From contig CAWHAE010000016.1 of assembly GCA_963827235.1 (NCBI GenBank), forward strand, positions 32,001 through 96,000: a stretch of 64,000 nt of DNA, given 5' to 3'. A program made the translations under genes and the position numbers. This stretch comes from an uncultured bacterium. GTDB taxonomy: Bacteria > Chloroflexota > UBA5177 > JANWHV01. Shown here in pieces: positions 38,604-48,670 of the stretch. Numbering within the stretch: the stretch's first letter is position 1; each line of letters begins with the position of its first letter. The notes beneath the pieces were generated by a model. That model had not been told where the DNA came from. It saw nothing but the letters and a program-made list of their open reading frames with translations, and did no database searches.

Positions 38604-41600
38604 CTACTCGTGCAGATACGTTGTTCGCTCAGCCGGCGTCAGGGTCCGAGTCTCCTGTTGGGCCGCAAGAGCCAGCAGCTGACTTTGCGATCCGCAGATT
38701 CCGCACGTGTGCACGCGGATCTCGCCGTCCAGGCCGGACGAGAGCACCGAGCGGCCGTCGGGGCCGAACGACGCCGTGAACACGCTGGCGCCGTGCCCTA
38801 CCAGGACGGCATCTTGCGTCCAGTCGCCGACCGACCACAGGCGCACGGTGTCGTCGACACCGGACGTAACGATCCACCTGCTGTCGGGGCTGAACTCCGC
38901 GTCGGACACGAAGCCGGTGTGCGCCTTCAGCACGGCGATACCCTCTTCCGTCCCGGCATCCCACACTCTGGCCGTGCTGTCGTCGCTCGACGTGACCAGG
39001 TATTTACCGTCCGGACTGTAGGCGACGGTCCACACCAGCGAGCTGGAGATCGATGCTTGGCGCAGCTTATGCCAGTTGTCCACAGAGTAGAGAATCAGCA
39101 GGTGGCTGGTCACGGCGCCGTTGGCAATCACGGCCAAGGTGCGGCTGTCGGGACTGAATGCCACCGAGGCAGCGGTGAAGAGCTCGCCCTTGGCGAGTCC
39201 CTGGAAGCCTCGCAAGGTCGTCACCACTTTCCAGGCAGGCACGCTCCACACGACCACCGTGCCGTCGGCGCCGGCGGTGGCAAGCAACCGGCCGTCGGGG
39301 CTGAAGGCCACCTGGTTCACCCCGCCCGAGTGCCGGCCGAGATTCTGTAGACGCTGCCACGTTCGCGTGCTCCAGATCCACGTCGATCCGTCGTCGCTGG
39401 CCGTGGCCAGCATCGAGCCGTCCGGGCTGTAGATCGCTTGCTTGACCTGACCACCCTGACCGGTCATGGTCGTGATCGGCCTGCCGGTGCGGCCGTCAAA
39501 GACTCGCGCCGTGGCGTCCTTCGTGACGGCAACAATCTGGGAGCCGCTCGGACTGTAGGCAGCCTCGAGAAGCGCGGCGCCGGCCGGTACCGCGGCAAGG
39601 ATGCTGCCGGCATGGAAATCCCAGATGCGGGCCGCGCCGTCCCGATTGCCGGTCAACACCGAGTTGCCGTCCGGGCTGAACATGGCGCTGTAGACGTCAC
39701 CGCCGGTCGAGCGCAGCGCCGCCAGCGGATAGCCGCCTTGCGCGGCCCATACCCGGCTCGTGCCATCGCCGGCCGCGGTCACTATGAGTCGCCCGTCCCG
39801 GCTGTACGTTGCGCTCCAGAGTATGATGGTCTGGCCGGCGAAGAGATAGGCGCTCATCTCGCCCGTGTCGACGCTCGAGACCAGTGCAGCCCCTTCCGAG
39901 CCGGCGGTGAGCACATAGTGACCGTCGGGGCTGAAGGTGAGCGAGTTGATGTGATTGCCGGAATGCCCGGTGATCACCGAGAGCAGCTTGCCGTCCGGCA
40001 CGGTCCACACCCGTGCCGTGCCGTCCCAGCTCGCGGTGGCGACGTAGCGGGAATCCGGGCTGAATGCGACCAGATCGACGATATCTTTGTGACCGCTCAG
40101 CACTCGGAGGCTCCGGCCAGTTCCCGCATCCCAGAGGCGGGCCGTGTAGTCCGCGCTCGCAGTCGCCACATAGCGTCCATCCGGGCTGTACACCGCATCC
40201 CATACCGGGTAGGTGTGACCGGTCAGCACGAGCAGCTGGCGGCCGGTGCGCGCGTCCCAGATACGGGCCGTGTCGTCGTAGCTGCCGGTCAGAATCCGGC
40301 TGTCGTCAGGACTGAACGAGGCCGCGATCACCGGGCCCTTGTGGCCCCGAAGGATGTTCACCAGGCGCCCTCCCGGCACCTCCCAGACGCGGGCGGTGTC
40401 GTCGACGCTCGTGGTCACGAGGTATCGGCCGTCGTGACTGAACGCCGCAACCAGGACGTAGCCCGTGTGGCCGGTGAGCACGGCCAGGGTCCTGCCGGTG
40501 CGCGCGTCGAAGATGCGCGCAGTGTGGTCGTATCCCGCCGTGGCTACATAGCGGCCGTCCGGACTATACGCGGCCCCAAACAGCAGTCCCTTGTTGCCTC
40601 GCAACACCTCGCGAGGATAGGGTTGGCTCAACGCCTGCCTCAGCGCCTCGGTCGCCTCGCTGGTGCCGGCCCTGCGCACCGCCGAGTCCGCCAGCAGCAG
40701 GCTGAGCTGAGGATCGCTGTCGAGCTTCGCCAGCGAATTCGCCGCCAGCTCCCTGGAGATAGCGAGGTTGCTGGCCGTCACGGCCTCACTTCGGCGCTGC
40801 TCGGCCAGAGCCTGGGAGGCCCTGGCCGCCTTCTCCGCGGACTGCGCCTGATTGGTCCGCTGAATGGCGACGATCGTAGCGATGACCATGCACACGGCCA
40901 GCACGCCGAGACCCAGCGAGAACAGGCGTGCGACCCGCGCGCGCCTGCGCTCTGCCTCCGCCTGCCGGCGTTCCGACTCGGCCAGGCGCTTGGCCGCCTC
41001 GAGCTCTCGTCGCTGCCGTTCCTGCTCCTGCTCCTCCTCGCGCCGCTGCGCGAGCGCGCTCTCGTCGAGAAAAGCGCTTTCCAGCTCGTTCAAGCTGTCG
41101 GCATGCTGCGATTGCCACTCCAGCGCCGTTGCCAGTCGCGCCCCACGATAGAGCGTGCTCTCGTCGCGATCGAGACGCTGCCATTCCAGGGCTGCCTCGG
41201 TGAGACGCCGCTGCACGCGCAGGCCGCTCCGATCCTCGTCGATCCAGGACCGGAGCTGCGGCCATCCGCGGATCAGCGCTTCGTGCGAGACCTCGACCAT
41301 GTGTCCGTGCGTCGCTTCGTCCTCGCTGGTGGTCAGCAGCCTGGCCGCCACGAGGGCATGTACTACCGCGTCGACCGACCCCGCCTGAGCCGCGCCGGTG
41401 GTCAGCTCGCTGAGCGAAGCCCTTCGCCTCGTGTCCTCAGTGCCTTCGCCAGGCTGCGTCAGGCGAAGGAGCGCCCGGCGCGCGATGCGCTGCTCGTCGT
41501 CGCTGAATTGGCTGAAGATCGTATCCGCGCGCTTGGCAATCGCACCCTGGACGCCGCCACTTTCCCTGTACGCTTCCAGCGTCAGCATATGGCCGCGCCT

Positions 41601-42827
41601 GCGCTCCCACAGCTCAAGCAGCGCGTGCTCGAGCAGCGGCAGCGCGCCCGGCTGGCTCGCCACGTCGTCCAGTACTGTATCGACCAGGCCCTGCTCGAAC
41701 TCGAGGCTCACGTGCCAGGCCGGCTCCTCGATGGCGCGACGCAAGCCCACATGATCGAGCGGACTTACCAGAAACTGCTGTGCCGCAATGCGCGCCGACA
41801 GGTCCGGATAGGCGGCGCACTTTGGGTAGAAATCAGCGCGGAGTGTGAGCAGCACGATGCAGCGGCCGTCGGCCACCGAGGCAGCGTACAGGAGGTTAGC
41901 CAAGAACTCGGACCGCTCATGCTCGTCCGTACACAGCGTGAAGATCTCCTCGAACTGGTCGACCACCCATACCACCCGGTCTGGGCCCGGACGGTCGGCG
42001 AGTGCCAGCGATACCGACAGGTGAAGCGTGCGCGCGTCCGTCCCCATGTCGTCGAGCGTGCGGTGCATCGAGCTGTGCTCGTAGAGCCTGGAAACCTGCG
42101 CGGCGAGAGTAGTGAGTGGATGGGCACCCGGCGCGAAGACGCAGGTGGTCCAGTCGTGGCTGCCTGGAAGCGCGCCTTTGCGCAGCGCCGGCACCAGGCC
42201 TGCCCTCACCAGAGACGACTTGCCGCTGCCCGAGGGGCCGAGCACGGCGAGGAAGTGCGACGTCTTCAGCTTCTCCACCAGGCGCTGTACGTCGCCGTCG
42301 CGGCCGAAAAAGAACTCGGCGTGGTCTTCGTCGAAGGTTTGCAGGCCGCGATAGGGGCACACGTCGGTGCGCGATTCCGGCTCCACCTGCTGGCCGAACG
42401 GCACGCCCTTAATTGCGTTCACCAGATGCTGGAAGGCGCGCGAATCCTCGATGCCCGGGCGAAGGTCGACCCAGGTTCGTGTGCTCAGGAAGGGCGGCAG
42501 CACAGTGGAGTCAAAAGGCTCCTGGATGCCGGGCAGCAGGACGAGAAACAGGCGGAACTTCCGGTCCTTGGCCGCCCGGTCGAGCGCGACACCCAACTCC
42601 TCGTGTACCCAGTCGCCGAGGCCATGGGGACCCACGAACACCGCGCAAGCCGAACATGCGCGAAGTCCGGCCACGAGCTCTTCCTGCCAGCGGCCGCCCG
42701 GCGTCAGGCACCACTTGTCCAGCCAGGGCTCCAGGCCGGCCGATTTCAGCTTAACGGCAAGGCGTTCGACCGCGGGTTTATCGCGGCTGTTGTGCGACAG
42801 AAAGACGTCGAAGCGCTGTTCATCCAT
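38604..42827 (-). CDS. TIR - STAND (nSTAND1-type) NTPase - TM - WD40 repeat NLR-like protein
   Basis: FDVFLSHNS.DK, WVHEEL (catalytic Glu); CPYRGL..F..FFGR, GPSGSGKSS, VVDQFEE, LPLLE.AL..LW, HEALIR.W; one TM; about 15 WD40 repeats. Confidence 0.92.
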   Translation of the reverse strand: MDEQRFDVFLSHNSRDKPAVERLAVKLKSAGLEPWLDKWCLTPGGRWQEELVAGLRACSACAVFVGPHGLGDWVHEELGVALDRAAKDRKFRLFLVLLPGIQEPFDSTVLPPFLSTRTWVDLRPGIEDSRAFQHLVNAIKGVPFGQQVEPESRTDVCPYRGLQTFDEDHAEFFFGRDGDVQRLVEKLKTSHFLAVLGPSGSGKSSLVRAGLVPALRKGALPGSHDWTTCVFAPGAHPLTTLAAQVSRLYEHSSMHRTLDDMGTDARTLHLSVSLALADRPGPDRVVWVVDQFEEIFTLCTDEHERSEFLANLLYAASVADGRCIVLLTLRADFYPKCAAYPDLSARIAAQQFLVSPLDHVGLRRAIEEPAWHVSLEFEQGLVDTVLDDVASQPGALPLLEHALLELWERRRGHMLTLEAYRESGGVQGAIAKRADTIFSQFSDDEQRIARRALLRLTQPGEGTEDTRRRASLSELTTGAAQAGSVDAVVHALVAARLLTTSEDEATHGHMVEVSHEALIRGWPQLRSWIDEDRSGLRVQRRLTEAALEWQRLDRDESTLYRGARLATALEWQSQHADSLNELESAFLDESALAQRREEEQEQERQRRELEAAKRLAESERRQAEAERRRARVARLFSLGLGVLAVCMVIATIVAIQRTNQAQSAEKAARASQALAEQRRSEAVTASNLAISRELAANSLAKLDSDPQLSLLLADSAVRRAGTSEATEALRQALSQPYPREVLRGNKGLLFGAAYSPDGRYVATAGYDHTARIFDARTGRTLAVLTGHTGYVLVAAFSHDGRYLVTTSVDDTARVWEVPGGRLVNILRGHKGPVIAASFSPDDSRILTGSYDDTARIWDARTGRQLLVLTGHTYPVWDAVYSPDGRYVATASADYTARLWDAGTGRSLRVLSGHKDIVDLVAFSPDSRYVATASWDGTARVWTVPDGKLLSVITGHSGNHINSLTFSPDGHYVLTAGSEGAALVSSVDTGEMSAYLFAGQTIILWSATYSRDGRLIVTAAGDGTSRVWAAQGGYPLAALRSTGGDVYSAMFSPDGNSVLTGNRDGAARIWDFHAGSILAAVPAGAALLEAAYSPSGSQIVAVTKDATARVFDGRTGRPITTMTGQGGQVKQAIYSPDGSMLATASDDGSTWIWSTRTWQRLQNLGRHSGGVNQVAFSPDGRLLATAGADGTVVVWSVPAWKVVTTLRGFQGLAKGELFTAASVAFSPDSRTLAVIANGAVTSHLLILYSVDNWHKLRQASISSSLVWTVAYSPDGKYLVTSSDDSTARVWDAGTEEGIAVLKAHTGFVSDAEFSPDSRWIVTSGVDDTVRLWSVGDWTQDAVLVGHGASVFTASFGPDGRSVLSSGLDGEIRVHTCGICGSQSQLLALAAQQETRTLTPAERTTYLHE

Positions 42828-42973
42828 GTGCGGTTGCAGCAGCCTCCCGAACGCGTTGGCCTGGCACGAACCCGCGGCTCATGGCCCACCGTACCTGAGC
42901 CGGTCGGACATACTGACGTGTTCAACTGTAGCAGCAGGTTGTTGCCTCTGCAACGGATTCTACACGTCAGGGC

Positions 42974-45900
42974 TCAGGAGCCCGTAACCTGCCGCTCGTC
43001 GACCAGGAGCAGGGGGTCGAAGGCCACGTTGTTTACCCGCATCTCAAAATGGACGTGGGGACCGGTCGCCCAGCCGGTTTGACCCTCGTAGCCGATGACC
43101 TGTCCCTGGCTCACCACCTCGCCCACGCGGACCTGCAGGTCATGGGCCCCGATCTGCATGTGGCCGTAGATGGTAACGGTGTGCGCGTTGTGCATGATCA
43201 CCACGCTGTTGCCGTAGCTCTCGGAGGGCTCGCCGGGCACGGTGAGGCCCGCGTGGATCACGATGCCGCCGGCCGCGGCGTGGACCGGCGTGCCGTCCGC
43301 AGCCGCGATATCCAGCCCGGTGTGGAAGGACTGGAAGGGCGTGGACCCGCCGAAGAGCGTGGTGATCACGCCGGTCACCGGCGGCAGGTAACCGGTCACA
43401 TTCTCCATCACGCCGGCCTTGATGAGCTGCTGCTGCGTGAACTGGCTATACCCGTTGGAGGCAAGCTGGTTATCCAACATATAGGTCGCAGAGGCTGTTG
43501 AGAACGAGATCGGCAGCGTGACCCAGCCCGGCAACGGTGCAAGCGGCGCGGGCAGCGGCTCGAGCGCAGGCGAGGGGCCGGGTTGCGCGACGGCCTTGGG
43601 GCCCGGCCCGGGAGTGGGCACCGGAGGCGTTGCCGTCGGGCGCCTGGACGTAGCGGTCGGGCGCGGCGTAGGCGACGCAGTCCGCGTGGGGGTTTTCGTC
43701 GGCGTGCGCGGGCGGGTCGCACTGGCAGAAGGCATCGCCGTGGGCGTGCCGGTCAAGCTTGCAGCAGGCGATCGGCTAGCCGAGCCGGTAGCCGCGGATC
43801 GTGAGGACAGACTCTCGGCAGCAGTTGGACTAGGGGTCGGAGTCCGGCTGGACGTTGGCGTCGCAGTGGGGACTCGGCTGGCGGTGGACGACGGCGTGGA
43901 CGTGCCGGTGGCAGTGGGACGCTCCGTCGAGGTACTTGTGGCTGTGCGACGCGGCGTGACCGTGCTGCTCGGCGTCGAGGTCGGCGCGGGAGTGGCAGTG
44001 GACGTGGACTCGGGCGTCGGAGTGCGCACCCGCACAGTCGGGCTCGGCGTGACCGTGCGGGTAGGCCGCGGAGTGGACGTCGGTGAGCCGGTAGGAGAGG
44101 GCGCCAAGACGACCGCTGTCTGTGTGGCAGAGGGAGCCGCCTGCAGCGCAGGAGAGGGAGTCTCAGCGGACGCGCCCGCAGCCGGGCTTCCTGCTGGAGT
44201 GACAGTCGAGGTCGAAGAGGGCGCGGTCGACTCAGTCGCCGTCGCACTTACCGGCGACGAGGCCGCTAGTGCCAGGGCGGTACCGGTCGGCGTCGCGCTC
44301 GGCGTGACTGCCGCCGCAGTGGGCGTCGGGGTTACGGAGTGGACGGATTCGGTCGCACTCGCGGTGCTCGAAGGCACACGCAGTACCGGCGTGCCGTCGT
44401 CGATTACGGGCCCGGCGGCGGGGAGGCCGATCGCGGCCGCCGCTCCATGCATGGGCATGCCGCCGCCGCCCACGGCCGGGCGCGAGGCACGAACCGTGGA
44501 GGGCGCTTCGCCGTCTGCCGCTGCTGGAGCTAGCTGAGTTGAGCCGGTCGAGAACGGCCGGCCAGACGTGCGGGTAGGAACGGCGCGTCCCGGTCTCGCC
44601 AGTCGAATCGGGCCCATGGTCGCCGTCAACCGCGCATGCAGCCTGCCAAAGGTTGGCGTCGCCGCCGGGGTGGCGGTCCGAGAAGTCTCGCCCGGTCGCG
44701 CAGACGGACTTGGCGCCGGCGTACGGCTCGGAGTTCGCGTGGGACTGGGCACCACGGTACCCCTTGGCGTGCCGGTAGGCGGCGCCGCTTTGTACTTCAG
44801 ATAGTAGTTCCAGGCGGACTTGCGCGTCTGCCAGGCAGCAAGCCGAGTCTGGTAAGCGTTCCAGGCATTGGTCCTGTCCCAAAACGCCTGCTGTAGTATC
44901 GAATTGTGGCTGACGGCGGCAGAGAGCGCGGCATTGAAGGTGGCCAGCCGGGCATCGTACAGCGGTTTGATCGCCTCGTACGCCGCGTCGCCGTTCTGCA
45001 GGATCGACGACAGACTCGTGAGCAGAGCGCTCTCCTTCCGCAGCCCGTCTCGGATGGACTTGTCAGAGAGCAGATCCGAGACCCTCGCCGATGCCGAAAG
45101 GGTCATCGTCGTGGAGACCGGCACCACTGCTTGCAGGAGCCCGTCGCCGTTGGCCGCCAGCGACAGCGTCACGGAGGATCCGGAAGGCGCGGACGGTGCC
45201 TCCGCCGCCACGACGTACGAGCTGACCTGACCGCTTTCCAGCCGGCCGGAGGCAGAGGCAAGCGTGCCCAACGTGAGCAAGGTAGAGCTGCCGGTCAATG
45301 GCGCCGTCTCGGTGTAGGCCCAGGTCACGGCGACCGGAAGCGGCAACTCCGGCACCACCGACTCCGTGTGCCGGGCGGAATCCTGGGAGGGGAAGATCGA
45401 ATACCGGCCCAGCACGGACGTGATCTGGCTCATCCGCGTGATCGGCTCGGATGCCTGCACGGCGACGCTGGACAACCGATCGGGCAGAGAGAGCGCGTCG
45501 ACCAGATCGGGAAGGACCTGGGAGGACCGCATGACCGCGGTCAGCGCCGCGGCACCATGAGTGGGGATCTGCGCGGGCGGAACCGTCGTGGTTATGGCAA
45601 CGTCGGCAGCAGGTGTGAGAACGACTTGCGGCGCGACGCCGGCGACCGGCTCCATCTTGCCCTCGACCTCGAGCTGTCGAGGGAGGCCCAGGTCCACTGC
45701 CGCACCGAGCCGGGCGTAGACGGGCGCACTGGCGGCCGAGCCAGCCACGAGCTGCGGGCTGCCGGTTGGCGCCTTCTCCGTTGCAGTCGAGCGGTTGGAC
45801 GGCGGATCCGACAGGGAGGAGAAGAGCTGCACGGCGGAGGAGTCGAGCAGAGCAGAGCGCCAGGCACTGCTGCCCGGCATGTCGCCGACCGCGGGAGACA

Positions 45901-46312
45901 CGACCGGGGTAGCGGCCGGCACGGAGAGGTGGGCGCCCAGCATGACGCCGGGCGCAATGCTGCGGTCGCTTTCGGCAGTGGGAGTGGACGACGGAGTCGG
46001 GGAAGGCGTCAGGAGTCTGGCAGACTGGGCAAACAGCGTGGCCTGGGCGGCCAGGGAAGGCCGCAGCGCATGAACCAAGTCGCGGGCGATGGCGGCGCCC
46101 ACCACGCCGTCCACGGCGTCAAGCTCGGCCAGCGTAGACGTACGGGCGGCCACGAACGAGCTGAGCCTCGCGGCGAGTACATCGTAGCTAGTAGTCTTCG
46201 CTTGCGCCCGGTACGGAGCGAGCGACTGCCCGATCACGGAGAGGCAAACAAGCAGTATCAGTGCCCCGCGGCAACGCGCGCGAATGGACACGGCACCGCC
46301 GTAAGCTACCAT
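42974..46312 (-). CDS. Secreted M23 metallopeptidase with long Thr/Pro/Ser-rich linker
   Basis: N-terminal signal; C-terminal HTGLD, YGNSV, YGHM, GQTGWATGPHVHFE. Confidence 0.85.
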   Translation of the reverse strand: MVAYGGAVSIRARCRGALILLVCLSVIGQSLAPYRAQAKTTSYDVLAARLSSFVAARTSTLAELDAVDGVVGAAIARDLVHALRPSLAAQATLFAQSARLLTPSPTPSSTPTAESDRSIAPGVMLGAHLSVPAATPVVSPAVGDMPGSSAWRSALLDSSAVQLFSSLSDPPSNRSTATEKAPTGSPQLVAGSAASAPVYARLGAAVDLGLPRQLEVEGKMEPVAGVAPQVVLTPAADVAITTTVPPAQIPTHGAAALTAVMRSSQVLPDLVDALSLPDRLSSVAVQASEPITRMSQITSVLGRYSIFPSQDSARHTESVVPELPLPVAVTWAYTETAPLTGSSTLLTLGTLASASGRLESGQVSSYVVAAEAPSAPSGSSVTLSLAANGDGLLQAVVPVSTTMTLSASARVSDLLSDKSIRDGLRKESALLTSLSSILQNGDAAYEAIKPLYDARLATFNAALSAAVSHNSILQQAFWDRTNAWNAYQTRLAAWQTRKSAWNYYLKYKAAPPTGTPRGTVVPSPTRTPSRTPAPSPSARPGETSRTATPAATPTFGRLHARLTATMGPIRLARPGRAVPTRTSGRPFSTGSTQLAPAAADGEAPSTVRASRPAVGGGGMPMHGAAAAIGLPAAGPVIDDGTPVLRVPSSTASATESVHSVTPTPTAAAVTPSATPTGTALALAASSPVSATATESTAPSSTSTVTPAGSPAAGASAETPSPALQAAPSATQTAVVLAPSPTGSPTSTPRPTRTVTPSPTVRVRTPTPESTSTATPAPTSTPSSTVTPRRTATSTSTERPTATGTSTPSSTASRVPTATPTSSRTPTPSPTAAESLSSRSAATGSASRSPAASLTGTPTAMPSASATRPRTPTKTPTRTASPTPRPTATSRRPTATPPVPTPGPGPKAVAQPGPSPALEPLPAPLAPLPGWVTLPISFSTASATYMLDNQLASNGYSQFTQQQLIKAGVMENVTGYLPPVTGVITTLFGGSTPFQSFHTGLDIAAADGTPVHAAAGGIVIHAGLTVPGEPSESYGNSVVIMHNAHTVTIYGHMQIGAHDLQVRVGEVVSQGQVIGYEGQTGWATGPHVHFEMRVNNVAFDPLLLVDERQVTGS

Positions 46313-46392
46313 TGACGCTGAACCTGGTTCCGGCCATAGCTCGAGGTAATTACCATGGAAGCAAGCCGCCGAACAGCAGTGTGCGAGACAAT

Positions 46393-47565
46393 CTAGCCTA
46401 CGCGGAACGCAGTCTGGCCCAGCAGAAGGCCATTCTTATAGAATAGCAGCCTGTAGCTACCAGAAGGCAACGGCTTTGCGCCGTGGTCGTAGTCGGCCCA
46501 CACTTTGAATGACTGTACCGCCAGGAACGCGTGTTTGCCCATGGTACGGCCGGCGACCACCGTGATATCGTCGCGCGGCAGCGTCTGACCGTCTCGCTGG
46601 AATACGAAGCGCAGCACGTCGGTAGATCGGACGTTCGTCAGAGTAGCCACGGCCCAGAGACGGTAGGCCGGCGAGACAAACCTGCTCGCCTTCTCTACTG
46701 GAACCTCACCGACCACGTTACGGGCGATCACGAGCTTCACCGCGGCGCCCGTGGCAGCCTGGGGGGTCGCCGAGCCCTTGACGATCGGCTGAAGAACGGG
46801 CGTCGACGATATCGCAGGGCTCGGGGTCGGCTGCTCGGAGCCTACCGCCATCATGGAGCCGATCTCGACCACGGTTGCCGATGGCGACGACAGCAGGACC
46901 ACGGTGGCCGATCGTACGACGCTGCTGGCAGCGTGCGCGGGCGTGGGCGATACGACAGCCACTGCCGGCAACTTCGGCGCCGGAGAGGCCGAGCTGCTAT
47001 GGACGGCCAGCGCGATGAGGTGCACCACCAACCAGACGATAGCGGCCAATATGACGATGCAGCCCGTGACAAATACGAAGAACGGGATATAGGACTTCAG
47101 CGGAGGCCGCCGGCGTGGTCGCCGAGCGGGCTGTGCCAACGCACCATCCACCAATCGTGAGGCCCTCCATCTAACTCGCGCTTCGCGTTGCCATCGCGTA
47201 GGTCGCAGCCGCACTCGCGAGCCCGTCCGGGCTCGCGAGTGCTGCCTCACCGCGGACTCGCTCGTCCGATTCCTGCCTCGCGCCGCCCTCGGACGGGGCG
47301 CCAGTGACCAGGGACAGCAGACCGCACCCGACCGGAAGGGCGCCAATCGGGCACACTGCACACCTGGGCAAGGGAGCCCGTACTGCCCGAGTTTACAGCA
47401 TCTTTGCCCACCGGCCACGTCCAAGGTGGATAACATGCACAAGAGCCGTGCGCGGTGCCGGCCCCATTTTGCTCTGGAGACGAAACGACCGATGGACATA
47501 AGCGTTCCGGCCGTGAAGCGGAACACGCGGCTGGTAGCAGGGTTGCTCGTTTTCGTTGCCGCCAT
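46393..47565 (-). CDS. Hypothetical single-pass membrane protein with C-terminal beta-rich domain (true start probably well downstream of 47565)
   Basis: Basic stretch, TM YIPFFVFVTGCIVILAAIVWLVV, P/S/A linker, beta-rich tail ...GSYRLLFYKNG; 5' part overlaps the mscS ORF. Confidence 0.55.
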   Translation of the reverse strand: MAATKTSNPATSRVFRFTAGTLMSIGRFVSRAKWGRHRARLLCMLSTLDVAGGQRCCKLGQYGLPCPGVQCARLAPFRSGAVCCPWSLAPRPRAARGRNRTSESAVRQHSRARTGSRVRLRPTRWQREARVRWRASRLVDGALAQPARRPRRRPPLKSYIPFFVFVTGCIVILAAIVWLVVHLIALAVHSSSASPAPKLPAVAVVSPTPAHAASSVVRSATVVLLSSPSATVVEIGSMMAVGSEQPTPSPAISSTPVLQPIVKGSATPQAATGAAVKLVIARNVVGEVPVEKASRFVSPAYRLWAVATLTNVRSTDVLRFVFQRDGQTLPRDDITVVAGRTMGKHAFLAVQSFKVWADYDHGAKPLPSGSYRLLFYKNGLLLGQTAFRVG

Positions 47566-48397
47566 AGTGAGCCTGCATTACCTGGCTCGCTGGAAGGATC
47601 CGGCGTGGCAACCGTGGCCGACCGCGGCGGCCGCCATTGCCTGCATCGTGGTCGGAATCACCCTGATTCGATCGCTGATGGCCGCCATGGCAAGACGGTC
47701 GGTCGACTACCTGGGGGTTACCCGCGTGCAGTCCGCGCGAGCGGTGGTGAGCGGCGTGCTCTATCTGCTCCTGGTGCTGGTCGTGGCAGGCCAGACCGAG
47801 ATCGACCTCAGCGGCATAGCGCTGAGCGGGGCGGTGACCGGAGTGATTGTCGGCATCGCCGCACAAGCGTCGATAGCCAACGTGGTCGCCGGGCTGGTGA
47901 TCCTGTTCGCTCGGCCCTTCCGGCCGGGCCAGTATGTCACGGTGCGCGCGGCCGCGTTTGCCGGCAACGAATACAGCGGCGTGGTCGGCGAGATCACCCT
48001 GTTCTATACGACCGTCCTGTCGGCAGCTCAAGAGATTCGGGTACCGAACAGCTCCATGGTGACGAGCGTGGTGATCCTTCGGCAACAGCTCTTCGAGATC
48101 TATCTGCCGGTCCTGGTGCCCGTTGCGGAATTCAACACCTTGTCGCTGACGAGCGTAGCAAGCTCCCTGGAAGCGAGCCTCCCCGCGGGCCGTACCGTGA
48201 GCGTCCAGGTCGAGAAGGTGGAGGCGGGCAGCGCGCAGGTGGCAATCCGCGCCTCGCTGGCCACGCTCGAGGAGCGTGCGACGCTGGAACAGGCAGTGGT
48301 TATGACGCTCGGCGGTCGTGAGACGGCGACAACGCCAGCGCCGGCGCACTATGACGATACCGCCCCAGCCGCCGTTGAAGCCGAGGGGCGGCGGTAG
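47492..48397 (+). CDS. MscS family mechanosensitive channel
   Basis: GIAAQASIANVVAGLVILFARPFRPG, G.V.EI.LFYT, VPNS. Confidence 0.88.
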   Translation: MDISVPAVKRNTRLVAGLLVFVAAIVSLHYLARWKDPAWQPWPTAAAAIACIVVGITLIRSLMAAMARRSVDYLGVTRVQSARAVVSGVLYLLLVLVVAGQTEIDLSGIALSGAVTGVIVGIAAQASIANVVAGLVILFARPFRPGQYVTVRAAAFAGNEYSGVVGEITLFYTTVLSAAQEIRVPNSSMVTSVVILRQQLFEIYLPVLVPVAEFNTLSLTSVASSLEASLPAGRTVSVQVEKVEAGSAQVAIRASLATLEERATLEQAVVMTLGGRETATTPAPAHYDDTAPAAVEAEGRR

Positions 48398-48670
48398 AGC
48401 GCAGGTCCTTCGCACTAACCGGCCGGCGGATCCTCAGGAGGTTGCCGGTGGCGCTCGCATACTCCGGTAGCACACGAGTGGAAGGGCCCGCGCAGCCGGC
48501 CACGTGCATGAGCTGAAGCACGTGTCTCGGCGGATGGAACTGCACTTTACCGAAGCCACGGTCAATCCCGCAAGCTTTGCTCGAGCGCGCCCGTGGACTG
48601 ACGGAGGCGGGCAAGATGCCCGCGGCCCCGGGTTGGAGGCCACATCCGCGGATGCCGGCGTGGCCTGTCT

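Noticed and set aside
39438-43082. 1214-aa plus-strand ORF, and similar long antisense ORFs (2293..3813, 8437..10098, 12347..14485, 15366..16631, 44906..46315)
   Set aside because: Shadow frames opposite well-supported genes; stop-poor because of high-GC codon bias; no recognisable motifs
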